Positions 28,880 to 41,280 of a stretch of DNA of 64,000 bases are shown here, in pieces (position 1 is the stretch's first letter; the number at the start of each line of letters is the position of its first letter). Source of the DNA: Podarcis erhardii (taxonomy: Eukaryota); NCBI GenBank assembly GCA_964252035.1, contig OZ176200.1; one strand, given 5' to 3'. A program made the translations under genes and the position numbers. The notes below the pieces were generated by a model. It ran no database searches. It was not told the origin of the DNA and saw nothing but the letters and a program-made list of their open reading frames with translations.

Positions 28880-29270
28880 AACCTAAACTACCTGAACACC
28901 TTAGGTGCAGGGTATCTCAGGATTTGCCGGTCCCTTGTATCCCAACTTGACCAATGAGATCATCTGCGGGAGTGTTATTGGCCGTTCCCCAGGTTGGTGA
29001 GGCTCATTTGACAACAAGAAATCGAGCCTTTAATGTCATCAGCCCAGTCCTGTGGAATAGAGATTCAGCAGGCATCTTCTGTGCTAACCTTTAAATGCCT
29101 GCTGAAAATGTTTCTATTCTGCAAAGCCAATGCAGGGAATTAAGAATCAATTCTTCCCCAATTGTTAATTGATGTCTTAACTTATATGGTTTTTATTGTA
29201 TGGTTTTATGTTTTATTGCTTTAATCATCTGTTTTTTAAAAAATGACATAGCCGTATATAAACACGTTTG

Positions 29271-29309
<39 letters not shown>

Positions 29310-29310
29310 A
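28880..29310 (+). mobile_element. L2-type LINE 3' end with (TAAA)10 tail
   Basis: CTGTGGAATAG...CCTTTAAATGCCTGCTGAAAATGTTTCTATT is L2-like; tail at 29271-29310, about 115 bp upstream of exon 2. Confidence 0.65.
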
Positions 29311-29426
29311 TGGTGAAGAATATACGTATATAGTATTGATAAATTTAATGCTGTTTTGTTCTGAACACCCAAAACATGTCGCAACCTTATTGAATAACTT
29401 GGTTTGTAATTGATTTCCCCATGTAG

Positions 29427-29634
29427 GTGCCATACTAGGCAGATCAGAGACACAGGAGTGCATCTTCTACAATGCTAATTGGGAAACCGATAAAACAAAT
29501 CGCAGTGGCATTGAACTGTGTTACGGTGATAAAGATAAAAGACGACATTGCTTTGCAACGTGGAAGAATATTTCTGGAACTGTTGAAATTGTGAAAAAGG
29601 GTTGCTGGCTGGACGATATTAACTGTTATGACAG
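29427..29634 (+). CDS. ACVR2A: ACVR2A exon 2 (ectodomain)
   Basis: tag|GT GCC ATA...; (G)[68 protein letters not shown](R); 208 nt; donor AG|gcaagc. Confidence 0.97.
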
Positions 29635-30039
29635 GCAAGCTAACTAATACTACTTTTTCATTTGTTATTCATGTATGTGTTTAAAAAGTAATGCTTGAAT
29701 AAAGTCTGCACAGCTTATAGTTCAATTGGGCTGCTTCAAACCTAGAGCGTCTTTATCTTACAGAGCCTTTTAACGTAATGCCAACCCAATTTTTTGAGTG
29801 TCACTATCTCAGCACTTGCCATTTGTAACTTTAGGGTGCTGGCAAACATACGTTCAAACATACAGAATTCTGCGTTGTCACAAACCACCATCTATACAAC
29901 GCCCACAAATTTCAACCAATTATCACTTACTGTTTATTGTCTGGAAACAAAAAGAAATGCATTGGATTTTGCCATTGGGATTCATTTATTACCTTAGTCA
30001 GTGCTAGCAGATTGGGGTAGTAAATCATCTCACAGTTTT

Positions 30040-30041
<2 letters not shown>

Positions 30042-30077
<36 letters not shown>
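30042..30077. repeat. (ATT)12 microsatellite
   Basis: Perfect trinucleotide run. Confidence 0.95.
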
Positions 30078-30080
<3 letters not shown>

Positions 30081-30164
30081 TAATGTAATTGAAAATAAAT
30101 ACCATAGCTGTTAAAGGAACAGAAAGCATGTTGTCTACTCAATATGCAGGGGCAAATGTTTACT

Positions 30165-30232
30165 GCACAAATTCTGATCTTTAAGGTGCTACAAGATTCC
30201 TTGTTGTTCATCAACAGATAGCGGCTGTTTGA
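30165..30232 (+). mobile_element. Penelope-like terminal fragment
   Basis: TCTTTAAGGTGCTACAAGATTCCTTGTTG...ACAGATAGCGGCT resembles reptile Penelope termini. Confidence 0.5.
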
Positions 30233-31514
30233 ATGAAATCATTAATTTAGAAGTTGACTCATTTTAGTTTTAGTGGACTGATATATTAAAATTACTTTCT
30301 ACTCATATTTAGTACCAGAATTTTAAGTTGTGCCAGACAAGATACGCAAGGATGGTGATTTTTTTTGCTCTGTCTGTTTTTAAAAACGGGGGGGGGGGGG
30401 TACCTTTGGGGATGGCAGAAGGAATAGATTCCCTTTGGAATAGATTCCCTTCAGAAGCCGCCACATCAAGACTTACTGTGCTATTAGAGGTGGGAGTGAA
30501 AAAGTGCAAGCACTGATAGGATTCCCCCCCCCCCCGCCCCCAATACCTGGAGATAAACTTTCTGTCAGCTTTTCAAAAGGAGGCTTTCACTTATATATCC
30601 AAGGGCTAGCAGAAACTGAGTTATCACGTCTTCCTCTCCCAAGTCCTGCAGATCCTCTTTTGAAGGATATACTCTGCTGAATATGGCAGGCTGTGGTGGG
30701 AGAGAGCTGAGAAAGGGGAGGTGGGTGCAGAGTCCCTGAAAATGGGGTTGAGGCACCATCCTTTATCAGGATTGAACCCTGTAACTTATGTAGATATACT
30801 TCTAAGTATACTTATATAGAGAGTAATTTTAAAATGTAGGTGGGTAGATAATTAATTTGTGATATTAAAAGGTGGATGAATTTCATTGTCCACTTTCCAA
30901 AAACATCAAGGGGGTGCCAGGTTGGGGAAGGATGACATACCAAAATTAGTCTGAAAAGAAGCTACTTTGATTCATACTTTAAATTAAGGTTCAGCTGAAA
31001 TGGAAGTTCCTTTTAACAAAATGTTTTGCACCTGCCACTTGAAAGGAGGCATTCTATAGTACACACAGTTCTTCTTTCTTGGCAGAGATGGAGGCAGATC
31101 AGCCTCTATATATATTGAGTAGCTTGTGTCTTTTAAAGTGGCTCCTAGGACTTCAAAGGTCCACAGCAATATGCACAGCATGATCAGCAGCAGTATTAAA
31201 AGGGAAGCAATGTGCAGTGTGATTTGCTAAGAGTGGTGAATGGATCACAATTTTGTAGTGAAAGGTAACCTGCTGCTTGGGGGAAAATGTCATGCATTCT
31301 GTAACATCACCTTACAGCACAATAAATGAGCCAAATTAAAAGTTGGTACAGATCTGGTTTAAACACCTGCAACAAGAATATTCAAATGTAGATTCATGAC
31401 GCAATGTTTTAAAAGCAGATATTTTATTATTTTGCATTAGTTGCTGGAGGGTCATGTCTGTGTATTTATACCATTGTAAAATGAAGATAAGTAACTGGTT
31501 TTAAAACCTTTCAG

Positions 31515-31624
31515 AACTGACTGTATAGAAAAGAAGGACAGTCCTGATGTGTTTTTCTGCTGCTGTGAAGGCAACATGTGCAATCAACATTTTTTCTACT
31601 TTCCAGAAATGGAGGTCACACAAC
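31515..31624 (+). CDS. ACVR2A: ACVR2A exon 3
   Basis: cag|A ACT GAC; TDCIEKKDSPDVFFCCCEGNMCNQHFFYFPEMEVTQ(P); 110 nt; donor C|gtaagt. Confidence 0.98.
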
Positions 31625-33026
31625 GTAAGTTCAGTTTTTCTAGTTAGTCACGGTTAGTCACAGTTCAATTTCTGCAACATTGAGAAATGTTATTTTCCCT
31701 CACTTATTTGTGCTGATCTTAAGAGAACTTCTGTTAATAAGAGCTTTTATAATCATTCAAATGAAATATCAGTTATCCAATTTCAGAAGGACTTTTTAAC
31801 ATTAAAAGCTACATGCTTGTAAATAGCTGTGTTTCCAACGGTCTTCAGTCCATAAATATCCTTTGTAACAATTGCATGTCTTGGTCACTGATCATAATAG
31901 ATGTCTCTACACAGTGATGCGAGTGGTTCAGTTTGGACATAATGTAATCATATTTACAGGAACAACAATAAGAACAAACCATGGAGGCCATTGGGTGTTC
32001 TGTTCCTGTTCCCTTTCCTTCCTCATCTCTTTCCTGATACATCACTGTGAAAAGAAGAGTGGAAGCGTGTACTTCCATTTTGTTGCATTGGTAGTTCAAA
32101 CTATGCTTATTGCAGGGGTGACTAACCTTTTGACAACTGGGGCCAATGGGAGTAAGAGTCCTGGAGGCCCACAGGTTTGCCACTCCTGGTTATATTGAAA
32201 CAAGCTGGGGTCAAACAGTGGTCTGTCATACTGGCTTGTTTAAACTAACCAAAGTTTCCTGTTCAGATGTAACCAACATCAGTTAATTGAAACCTGGAAG
32301 AGAGATTCTTCAAGTCTTTTGGCCATACCAGAGGAGGACCGGGAAGTGAGCAGCTGTGAGGCTCATTCCCATAACACTAAACTATGGTTTAACATTGTGG
32401 CTGAAATGGACTAAATTAGATGTTCTGAAAATAGCATGAATCAAATTCAAAGATATTCCTGCAAAATCAATAAACTTTTCACTGAATGCAAGTGGTAAAT
32501 ATGAACTGGCAAACACTAAACAGCTACTTTATATAACGTTTTGCTAAATTTAGTACTTAAAGCACAAAGGGTAAAATTATTCTTAACATTCACTTTGTCA
32601 TTGATTCATACTGAAAATAACTTCTCAGCAAGAATTTAAGCATTTTGATCATTCTTAAATTTGGGAACTATTTTTAAGTATCCTTAGAGGGTCTTAAAGT
32701 AGTTATGTGTCTGACACATGGGAGATAAAGTGATACTGCTTTCTGGAGCAAATTCTGCTGATGAGATATAACACAAGCTTTCAAGTCTCATAACATATGT
32801 CAAGTATAAATGAATAAATGGGCACAATGAAAGCATCTTAAATGAAAGTTGAAATGCGAGCTTAAACCTTTCAGTGTTTAACCTTTGATCTGATTTAATC
32901 CATTGATATCATGATGCTCTGTTTCATATGAAGTCCATTTTACTTTTCTCTGTTTTTAAGAATCGGTACTTTTCTGCTTGGTATTACACTGTCAGAAGAC
33001 TAACTGGGAACTTTTCTCCCCTGCAG

Positions 33027-33181
33027 CTACTTCCAATCCTGTTGCATCTAAACCACCCCTTTTCAGTACCTTGCTTTATTCTCTTGTGCCTATAATGGGA
33101 ATTGCAGTGATCATACTGGTTTCATTTTGGATGTACCGACACCACAAATTAGCATATCCTCCAGTACTTGTACCAACACAG
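33027..33181 (+). CDS. ACVR2A: ACVR2A exon 4 (transmembrane)
   Basis: TSNPVASKPPLFSTLLYSLVPIMGIAVIILVSFWMYRHHKLAYPPVLVPTQ; 155 nt; cag| acceptor and |gtaag donor. Confidence 0.98.
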
Positions 33182-33618
33182 GTAAGCCAGTTATTTTGAT
33201 CTGAATTCATTTGTTGCAGAAAAATGATGGTGAGTGACTGGATCTAATGACTAGGATCAAAAAAAGTATGAGTGGAGATCTCCTTCAGCGGTGGCTTCTT
33301 TCCTAGCTTTTCATTTTCACTGCAACGTCTTGCTCTGTTGAGAGTTTTGGGAGTGTCAGCATGTGGTGTGGAAGTCTTCAACTAAAGAAAGGAGTTTGTG
33401 GAAACTGGGGGCTTCTTCCCCAGCCCTTGCATGAATGAAGGTGTCCTCTGTTCCCTGAAGTGACTGCCAGGATGGTGGTTAAATGTTCTGCATAACTAAT
33501 CCATTGTAAACTTCATCTCTATCTTCTGGGATTCATTCATTAGAAAAGTACAGAGATTTTAGACTTAAAAAACAAACTTGTAGGTTTTGGTCTTGGAAGT
33601 ATTAAACATTAGAATCTA

Positions 33619-33966
33619 AAAGGTAAAGGTAAAGGGACCCCTGACCATTAGGTCCAGTCATGACCGACTCTGGGGTAGCGGCGCTCATCTCGCTTTATTG
33701 GCCGAGAGAGCCGGCGTACAGCTTCCGCCTAAGCCACTTCTGGCGAACCAGAGCAGCACATGGAAACGCTGTTTACCTTCCCGCTGAAGCGGTACCTATT
33801 TATCTATTTGCACTTTGACGTGCTTTCGAACTGCTAGGTGGGCAGGAGCTGGGACCGAACAATGGGAGCTCACCCCATTGCAGGGATTCAAACCGCCGAC
33901 CTTCTGATCAGCAAGTCCTAGGCTCTGTGGTTTAACCCACAGCGCCACCTGAGTCCCTATTATTCT
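33619..33966 (-). mobile_element. Sauria SINE, full length with 14-bp TSD
   Basis: (ACCTTT)n tail on the minus strand, head GGGACTCAGGTGGCGCTGTGGGTTAAACCACAGAGCC; TSD AACATTAGAATCTA at 33605-33618 and 33967-33980. Confidence 0.92.
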
Positions 33967-34039
33967 AACATTAGAATCTAGCAGCATCTTAAGAAATGTT
34001 ACTGTAGAAGAAAGTACTTCTTCACTCCCTGCATAGTTG

Positions 34040-34160
34040 GAATTATGGAACTCACTCCCACAGGATGGCCCCACAGTAGTGGCCCACCAGCTTGAATAGC
34101 TTTAAAAGAGGATGAGACAAATTCATGGAATATAAGGTTATGTTCCACTTCCACTGTTAG
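34040..34160 (+). mobile_element. CR1 fragment
   Basis: GGCCCACCAGCTTGAATAGCTTTAAAAGAGGATGAGACAAATTCATGGA matches the recognisable CR1 3' motif. Confidence 0.55.
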
Positions 34161-36099
34161 AGGCAGTATTGTAATTTTGTGTTTTGCCATGCCCCCATGG
34201 CTGCTAGTTAGTGACTGATGTCTGCAGCATTGTTTCAGAATTCAGAATGTGCCTACTTCACAACCTGTAGCATAGAAAGTCACTGGAGAAAAAATCCAGT
34301 TCATTAAAACTTAAATTTACTGAACTAAAATTAAAAGTGAGACAGTCAGTTATATGTGTCGTAAAGGCAGGGCACACAAGCTTTACACATGGTGGTGAAT
34401 AATTTGATTGTATTCAGGCATTAGTCGTCTTGTTTAATAAGCTAAGATAAAAGCAAGTCTTTTGGCTGTACATGCAACCAGGAAGCTCTGACTGTCCTGT
34501 CAGATAGCTAGAAGTGGATACAATCTGTGACAAGGGAGGTGATGCTTTTGGTGAAGCTATGATTACCACTTGAGCTTGTTTCAACTAGTGCATTATTCAG
34601 TGCTGATACATGTTATCTTGGTTTCTCTGGAATCGCCTGTTTTTAAAATTAACTTCCCTTTTGCCTTTACTTCCTTTTTGTCTCTACTTGTTGTCGTTGT
34701 ATGTGTGCATGTACACATTTGCATGCATGCATGTATGCACGCGCACACGTGCACACATACACATCAATGCATGTTAGTCATGGCCATTAACTTGAGTGGG
34801 TCTAGTCTGAGTTGGACTAGCATTGATTACTGCCTCTTGTGTTTATAAATCAGAAAATAAACATGATCTGATTTTTAAAAAAGAATTGTTCCTATGATAC
34901 AGATTTTATAGGATTGATTCCTACAATGGACTCGATCCTATAAAATATTATTGGTAATAATATACAGATTCTTATTAGCATTTTTTTGCAGAAATTTGGC
35001 TAGATGTAGAGCTTTTGATGTGAACTCATTAATGCAAGAGTACAGATGAGGATATTGACACATTTGCACCAGGTGTAAGGAAGGTGCCCATATGTTTAGG
35101 ATTATTTCAATGGAAAAGGAATTGTTCATGATATACTGGTCTTTTTTATATTAAAAGCCTAAAGGTCAAATGGTTTCCCTTGGAGATGAGCACTACCTCA
35201 TTTTTATGAAGTATCTCTCTTAGCTGACCAATTTGGAATCATTTTGTGTAAACACTGTTAAGAACTAAATTGCTGTCAGTGTTCGCTGCTGCACAGTGAT
35301 CTCTTCTAGTTTGAGGGCTATTTTAAGTGTGTTCAGGTGGTACAGTACTTCTCAAAGCGTGCAGTTTGAGAGAGCACATGGGAGAAATAATTTTAAAATG
35401 TACCTCCACACCAGAATCTCCTTTATGTTGGTTTAAATAGGCTGCTTAATTTTGGAAGTTTTCAGAGATCTTCTTTCCACTACACCCAGTTTCCTCATAG
35501 ATTGGTCTCTATTACATGTTTCAGCTGCAGTTTTCAGCAGTTCAAAAATGCAGCTCTGTTCAGGAAAGAAAGTTTTGAATTTTGCAATAGTAGCTGATGG
35601 TTTATAGATAACTTTATAAGCTTCTGTTTTCTATGAACCAGCTGTGTTTAAAAGTTTACATATGTAATTTGATGAATAAATCTTGTCATAAAACAATTTT
35701 GCGGGAGCTAGTTAATGTGAGGATACTGGGTTTCATAAGGCTAGCCTGCATCTGCTGTTGCATGGTGGCTATTACTTAAATTGAATGTGCAAAATCATTC
35801 TTAGTAGCTAAGCGGAGTTTATTTACTGTTCTGGTTCCTTTAAAAGTGGCTCATCTTTCTCTTAGTTTATTGTTAAACCAAGCTTGTGTTGCAAACACTT
35901 AAAAGCATGGTTCTGATTAAAAATGAAAATGGTGAAATGAAGTTGGTCTTTCCATGACAATAAAAGCAACAGTCATGGGAAACTTGGAGTATTTCCATGT
36001 TTCAAGAGTGTCCTAACACAAAGTGCAAAGTGGAGGGATAGTGCAAGTCTGATTCTCAAAGCCTGTCGTCTCATGCTGCTGTGGAATGGGTTAAAAGGC

Positions 36100-36143
<44 letters not shown>
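36100..36143. repeat. (CTTT)11 microsatellite
   Basis: Perfect tetranucleotide run. Confidence 0.95.
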
Positions 36144-36145
<2 letters not shown>

Positions 36146-38379
36146 ACTTTTGTGGCATTACATTTTTTTAAAAAAAAAATAATTTATTCTTAGTACTTAA
36201 CTGTCGTACGTATTAGTTGTTCATTTATTTTTTTAAAGTATACACCGCCTTTCATCATTGTCATTACCAGGTTACAGCATGACATAAAAAAGAAAAAGAA
36301 AATCAGTAAAATGAAAACAACAAAAATCATTAAAACAATTAAAAACAGCTCAAGCAAGAAGACTTAGCTTTTTAGATTTTGTAAACTTCTTCCTCACTCT
36401 AAACTGATGCCTCCTTCCATTCTCTGAACATAAAATTTCAGTTTATTACTAACTTAATATTTATTTTATTTAAAATATTACATTCTCAAGGCTGCCTATA
36501 TTGCTGGTGTATAATATAAAAATACATATGCAGTACAAAAATATCAATATAATAACGCCCTGAACTTAGCAGATGTGTTGGAGTATATCTAAAATGTGTA
36601 AGTGTATCGGCACTGCAAATAGAGGTAGTTGCAGCATTTCAGAAATGGTGTTGTTCTGCACATTATTCCTTGCTGTACTGATAGATTTTGGTGTTGGACA
36701 GTTTATCCTCTGAACAAAGCTTTTCGATATTGTGATTCTGTTCCTAGCATTACATGTTCCTTTCCTTTCCCATCCTCTTCTCTGTCTGGATTCTTTTTCA
36801 GCTTTGTCCTTTTTCAGCTTTGTCTTTTTCTCTGCAGCTCTACTCTTTCCAGTGTACCCTTATATTTCTTTTCCATCCAGAGATGAAGGAGGATGTCCTC
36901 TTTTGTATATTATATCCCACTTCTCTTGTCAGCAGAATCTAGGCCTTTTTGTTCGTATTTGTAAAAACTGCCATACTGTTGGTCTTTTACTAAATTACTA
37001 TTTTAGGTTAGTATTTAGTAATATGAGGGTTGCATATTACCACTGTAGGTGGTTAATGTGGTTTGTAGCCACCTTTTTATTTTCTTCATTTCTTGTATAT
37101 ATTTTTTAATAAATAGCTCATTCCCATTGGTGCTCAAGTAAAAGTGAACTAAATACAAATGATCTTTCAAAAATAAGCGAAAATCCATAAATAGGACATA
37201 AATGTTTTAAAGTTTTTTTAAAAAAAATATACCTTAGGCTCCAGATTTTGTTTCAGAAGCTCTGGAGTTTGTACAGTCATTGCCAGCATAAAACTTAAAT
37301 GAAACTGAGGGTTTTAACTCAGAGAACAAAATTGAGAGAAAACAGTGCATTTATAACATTTTTTTAGCTGACCTCCCAGAATAGAAGTATTAACTCTAAA
37401 AGTAAAAGTTCACTTTAAAAAGAAAGTTAAAATAGAGTTGTTTTTGTTTTTCTTCGTATTTTTGGATCTTGCTTCAGAATCTTTTAAGCTACCATTAGAT
37501 GATGCAATGCTGCCCTCTGGTGTAATGTAGAAACATATCAAATTCTTCATACTTGCATATTACTTTAGAAAAGTTGAAAAGTTCATAGTAATGTCTATAA
37601 AATCATCTGTTTAATCGGTGATTGAACCCATGTTCGAAACTCCCATTGTCCTACGCATGTTTTGCAACAAGGAATTTCATTAGTACAAGCAGTTTCTGAG
37701 CTCTGGGCGCAGTACTGCACCTAAGATTTCAGATTAAAACTGGAAAGTGGAAGAAAAGGAGGGCCTTTTTCTGCCTCCCAAATTCCAGCCGCTCTCTGAA
37801 GACTGGAGAAGAGACCCTCTTAAGAATATGAGGGGGTTGGGCAGGGGAAGGATTAGACCATGTGAAAAATGAACATTATATTTTAGCTGCAGTTCATTTA
37901 TTTTCAGCTTTGTATTCTTGTTATAAAAAAAGTGTGCCTAGACATTCCATTGTTGTGGCCATATCTCAGCTTTCATATCTCAGTTTCTAACACTGGATTG
38001 AACTCACTAGTGCTACGACTGCATTGTAGTACGTCACTGAGATTCTGCGACAATGGCAGCATGCTCGGATTTATTTCACATGGGTTATTTTGTGGAAACT
38101 TTATAAAATATCAATTTCAGCATTTGATTCTAAATACATGATATTAAATACTGAAATTTCATTTGTGTCGTACTGTAACTATTGCTGCCTCTCTTACAGT
38201 CAGTGGAGAATTAATGTAAATTCTTGGGTGATTTTAGTTCTTGATTTTTCTTAAAGAGATCTATACAAAATCTTAGCAGTAACTTTTTAGTGCTTTCCTT
38301 TTATCACTTTTCATAAGCTTGTACTTAATTTTGGCTGTATGAAGTAATATTCTTTTGCCTGTGTGTTCTTCTTTACAAG

Positions 38380-38403
38380 CACGCCTTTCATATAATGATA
38401 GAG
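38380..38403 (+). CDS. ACVR2A: ACVR2A alternative 24-nt microexon (HAFHIMIE, ActRIIA-N type insert)
   Basis: Pyrimidine tract ...gttcttctttacaag|CAC GCC TTT CAT ATA ATG ATA GAG|gtaaga; phase 0-0 between exons 4 and 5; peptide matches the 8-aa neural isoform insert as recalled. Confidence 0.9.
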
Positions 38404-40218
38404 GTAAGAGGCATTGTTTTATTCATAGCCATGGATATGTGGAGTTGTAGACTGGAGCAGGACCTGGGCATTTATAAATGTTTGAGCTAAAAAATAATCA
38501 TCTATGGGAATTCTAGAAAGTACAGCTAAATTTCGTTCCTACAAATTGTTCTTTGTTTCTGTATCATAGCCACTATGTGGCTATGACTTGTAGTGGCATA
38601 CCCCAGCATTTTAAGTAGAATAATCCTAACATTGTGCCAACTACAATCAACGTGGAATTTATATTCTCTGGGGTCAAATTTTATATTGACATATATGCTG
38701 TTCTTTACAACTTTTATGGGTGCTTTTGGCAAAGTGGAGACAATAAGAGAAAACTGTGTTACATTGATAAGTTTTGACATGTAGCATGAATTTGGAAAAC
38801 ATAAGACCAAGGACCTTTGGGTATGTAAAGCTAGTCAAGCAGTCATTTCAATCATGACCATTGAATTTGTTCCATTGTATATTTTGCATTAAATCTATTG
38901 TTGTCATGATTGGGATTTGGCAATGAAATAGGCTTACATAAGATTTGCATTTTGTACACCTCTTATCTGAACACATATTCATGCTCCCCTTCCATGAAAT
39001 ATATCTGAAGGCAGATGAGTTGTTTATTACATAGAGAACTTATTTAACTGAATCTGTTTTTAAAGGTTCTGCATATTCTGTATTTATCAGTTATTATCCA
39101 TCTATACTAATATTCATTGACACTGCTTTGCTTCTTGTTTTCAATGAGGATTTACTAGTTATTAGTAACTCCTGTTTTTATAGCTATGGCATGTTGCTAG
39201 AAGAAAATATCCAGAAAATGTGAAATAAATGCAAGTAGTAGTTTGACTATGACTGTAATTCATAGATTATTATTGGTAAAGGAAATAAATTAATGGCTTG
39301 ATTCAGTTTGCAAAAGTCAGAAAGCAGAACCCCATAATATATTTGAAAGTTGCCCTTTTGTAACCTTTTATGCAGGGGCTAGTAAAGAGAGCTACAGAAA
39401 CAGCAATTCATTAGTTTAACCTCTTGCCAGCTTTAACATTTGCTGTGCTGTGCTGCAAAGATCAGAGCTTGGAATTGAATGGAGGGTGTGTTCAGGGTAC
39501 TGACAAATTTGCACAGTGACAGCTGCAGAGGGGTAGGAACATATGGGAGAAAGCCTTGCTTCCCTTTGGTGTCTTCACCCACCCCGACTGCAAGAAGTGA
39601 GAGTAGGAAGCATACTTCTTTCTCACTTCCTGCAGCAGCAGGGTGGGGAGGGGGAACATGAAATTGACCTGGCCTCCCTCCGCCCATCAATGTTTGACGT
39701 GAAAAGGATAAACACATTGAGAAGTGGTTTTTATTCCATGGAAACCGTATCCCCTTCCTTGAGCAAGGCCCTGATGGGTGCTGAGGAGTGCACCTTGCTC
39801 CAGTAAAAGAACAGCTGGGAGCCTGCATTAATCTCCCGATTTTCCTTTGAAGGGCTACCGTTAGTGACCCCACACCTGAATTGTGTAGGTTGGGTTGGTG
39901 TGGCTTCCCCAAAACAGCCTCTCAGGCCAAATAAGGAAGGCTGGTGGCCCAAGTTTGGGCTGGAGGTTCCCCACCTTTGGAGTAAGGGCGAGGCAAGCTA
40001 GGTAGGAAGTTGCATATTAAAGGTAGAAGTTGGCTGTTTGAGAAGGAGCTCTTCGGGAAAGGAAAGAAGGAATAAAATTTGAACAACTGCCTTCCCTCTG
40101 GCTGAGTCCAAAGGCTGCCCAAGGCTTGTTCTCCCATCAATGTATACAACATAGTGGGATGGGGAATCCAGGGGACATATCTGTTATATGCACAGCAGAT
40201 GTGGGAGTCCATATAGAT

Positions 40219-40450
40219 CAGGGGTGGCCAACTCCCAAGAGACAGAGATCTACTCACAGAGTTAAAGGCTGGCAGTGATCTACCCTCTTTTGGGGGGTTC
40301 GGGTCAAAGTTGTTTAGCTTTTTTTTAGGGAAGAGGAAGACCCCGTTGGGGGGGGCAAAAATGTTGAGCTTCTTTGGAGGGAGCCAGTGATCTACCACAG
40401 ACGTCAAGTGATCTACCAGTGGATCATGATCTTCCTGATGGGCGGGCCTG
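40219..40450. mobile_element. hAT non-autonomous transposon with 8-bp TSD
   Basis: CAGGGGTGGCCAAC...CCTG flanked by identical ATATAGAT at 40211-40218 and 40451-40458. Confidence 0.85.
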
Positions 40451-41136
40451 ATATAGATAAACAAACTGCTCTTTATGTATTTGCATAACTTGGTTATCAT
40501 TTGGAAAATTTGTTCCACATATTTGGTCTTGTGTGGCTAAATTTTTTCTGATATCTATTAATTGTCAACCAAAACTGCCTCATAGAAGAGGGAAGCCTCT
40601 GTTTGTTTAGATAGGAAATGTCTAAAATAGGCACTGTAGGTTTTTATAGTGTTAAATAATTTTATAGTGTTTAAATGAAATGGTATGCATGCCTAAAAAG
40701 TGGTCTTGCCATCTCATCTAGCCTTGCAATTACACCTGGCAGGAGTAGTCACAACCTGTATGCTGAATGTTACAGAACCTGATACACGCAGCTTAAAGGG
40801 CCTCAGGTGACCACTTGAGTTCTTCAATAGTTCTCTTGGATGATAGTTTCAGCTGTGCCCTAGGAAATACTTGGTGCCTGATGTATGGTTGCTTATTGTA
40901 ATGTGTTTTGAAAAAATATTTTTTTCAAGGAGACACAGGTGCAGCCATTCAATTATCTCAACAAATACGATCTTGGTAAGGTTTGGGACACTGCTGTATT
41001 AAAAGCCCAGTTTGCCTTCTGCTGTAAATTTTATTGGCGGAACTTGAGCCCCGCCATGTGTATGTTTCCCCTTCTCCACGCTAGAGGATTGTAGTACAGA
41101 AAACTAGAGTTTAATGGGTTTATCTGTTGTTTCTAG

Positions 41137-41280
41137 GATCCTGGACCACCACCTCCATCACCACTGATGGGCCTGAAGCCACTGCAATTACTAGAGATCA
41201 AAGCTAGGGGAAGATTTGGCTGTGTCTGGAAAGCTCAGTTGTTAAATGAATATGTAGCTGTGAAAATATTCCCAGTACAG
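41137..41280 (+). CDS. ACVR2A: ACVR2A exon 5 (kinase start)
   Basis: [48 protein letters not shown]; 144 nt; tag| and |gt. Confidence 0.98.

Noticed and set aside
30165-30232. Second Penelope-associated hammerhead
   Set aside because: The fragment lacks both the CUGANGA and the GAAAGCU core segments.
36629-37109. Hydrophobic Phe/Leu-rich ORFs
   Set aside because: Low-complexity T-rich strand, probably an antisense L1-like remnant; no splice or protein support.
39433-40518. ORFs of 159 and 198 aa on the minus strand
   Set aside because: They overlap CR1 and hAT repeat fragments in ACVR2A intron 4 and show no domain similarity.
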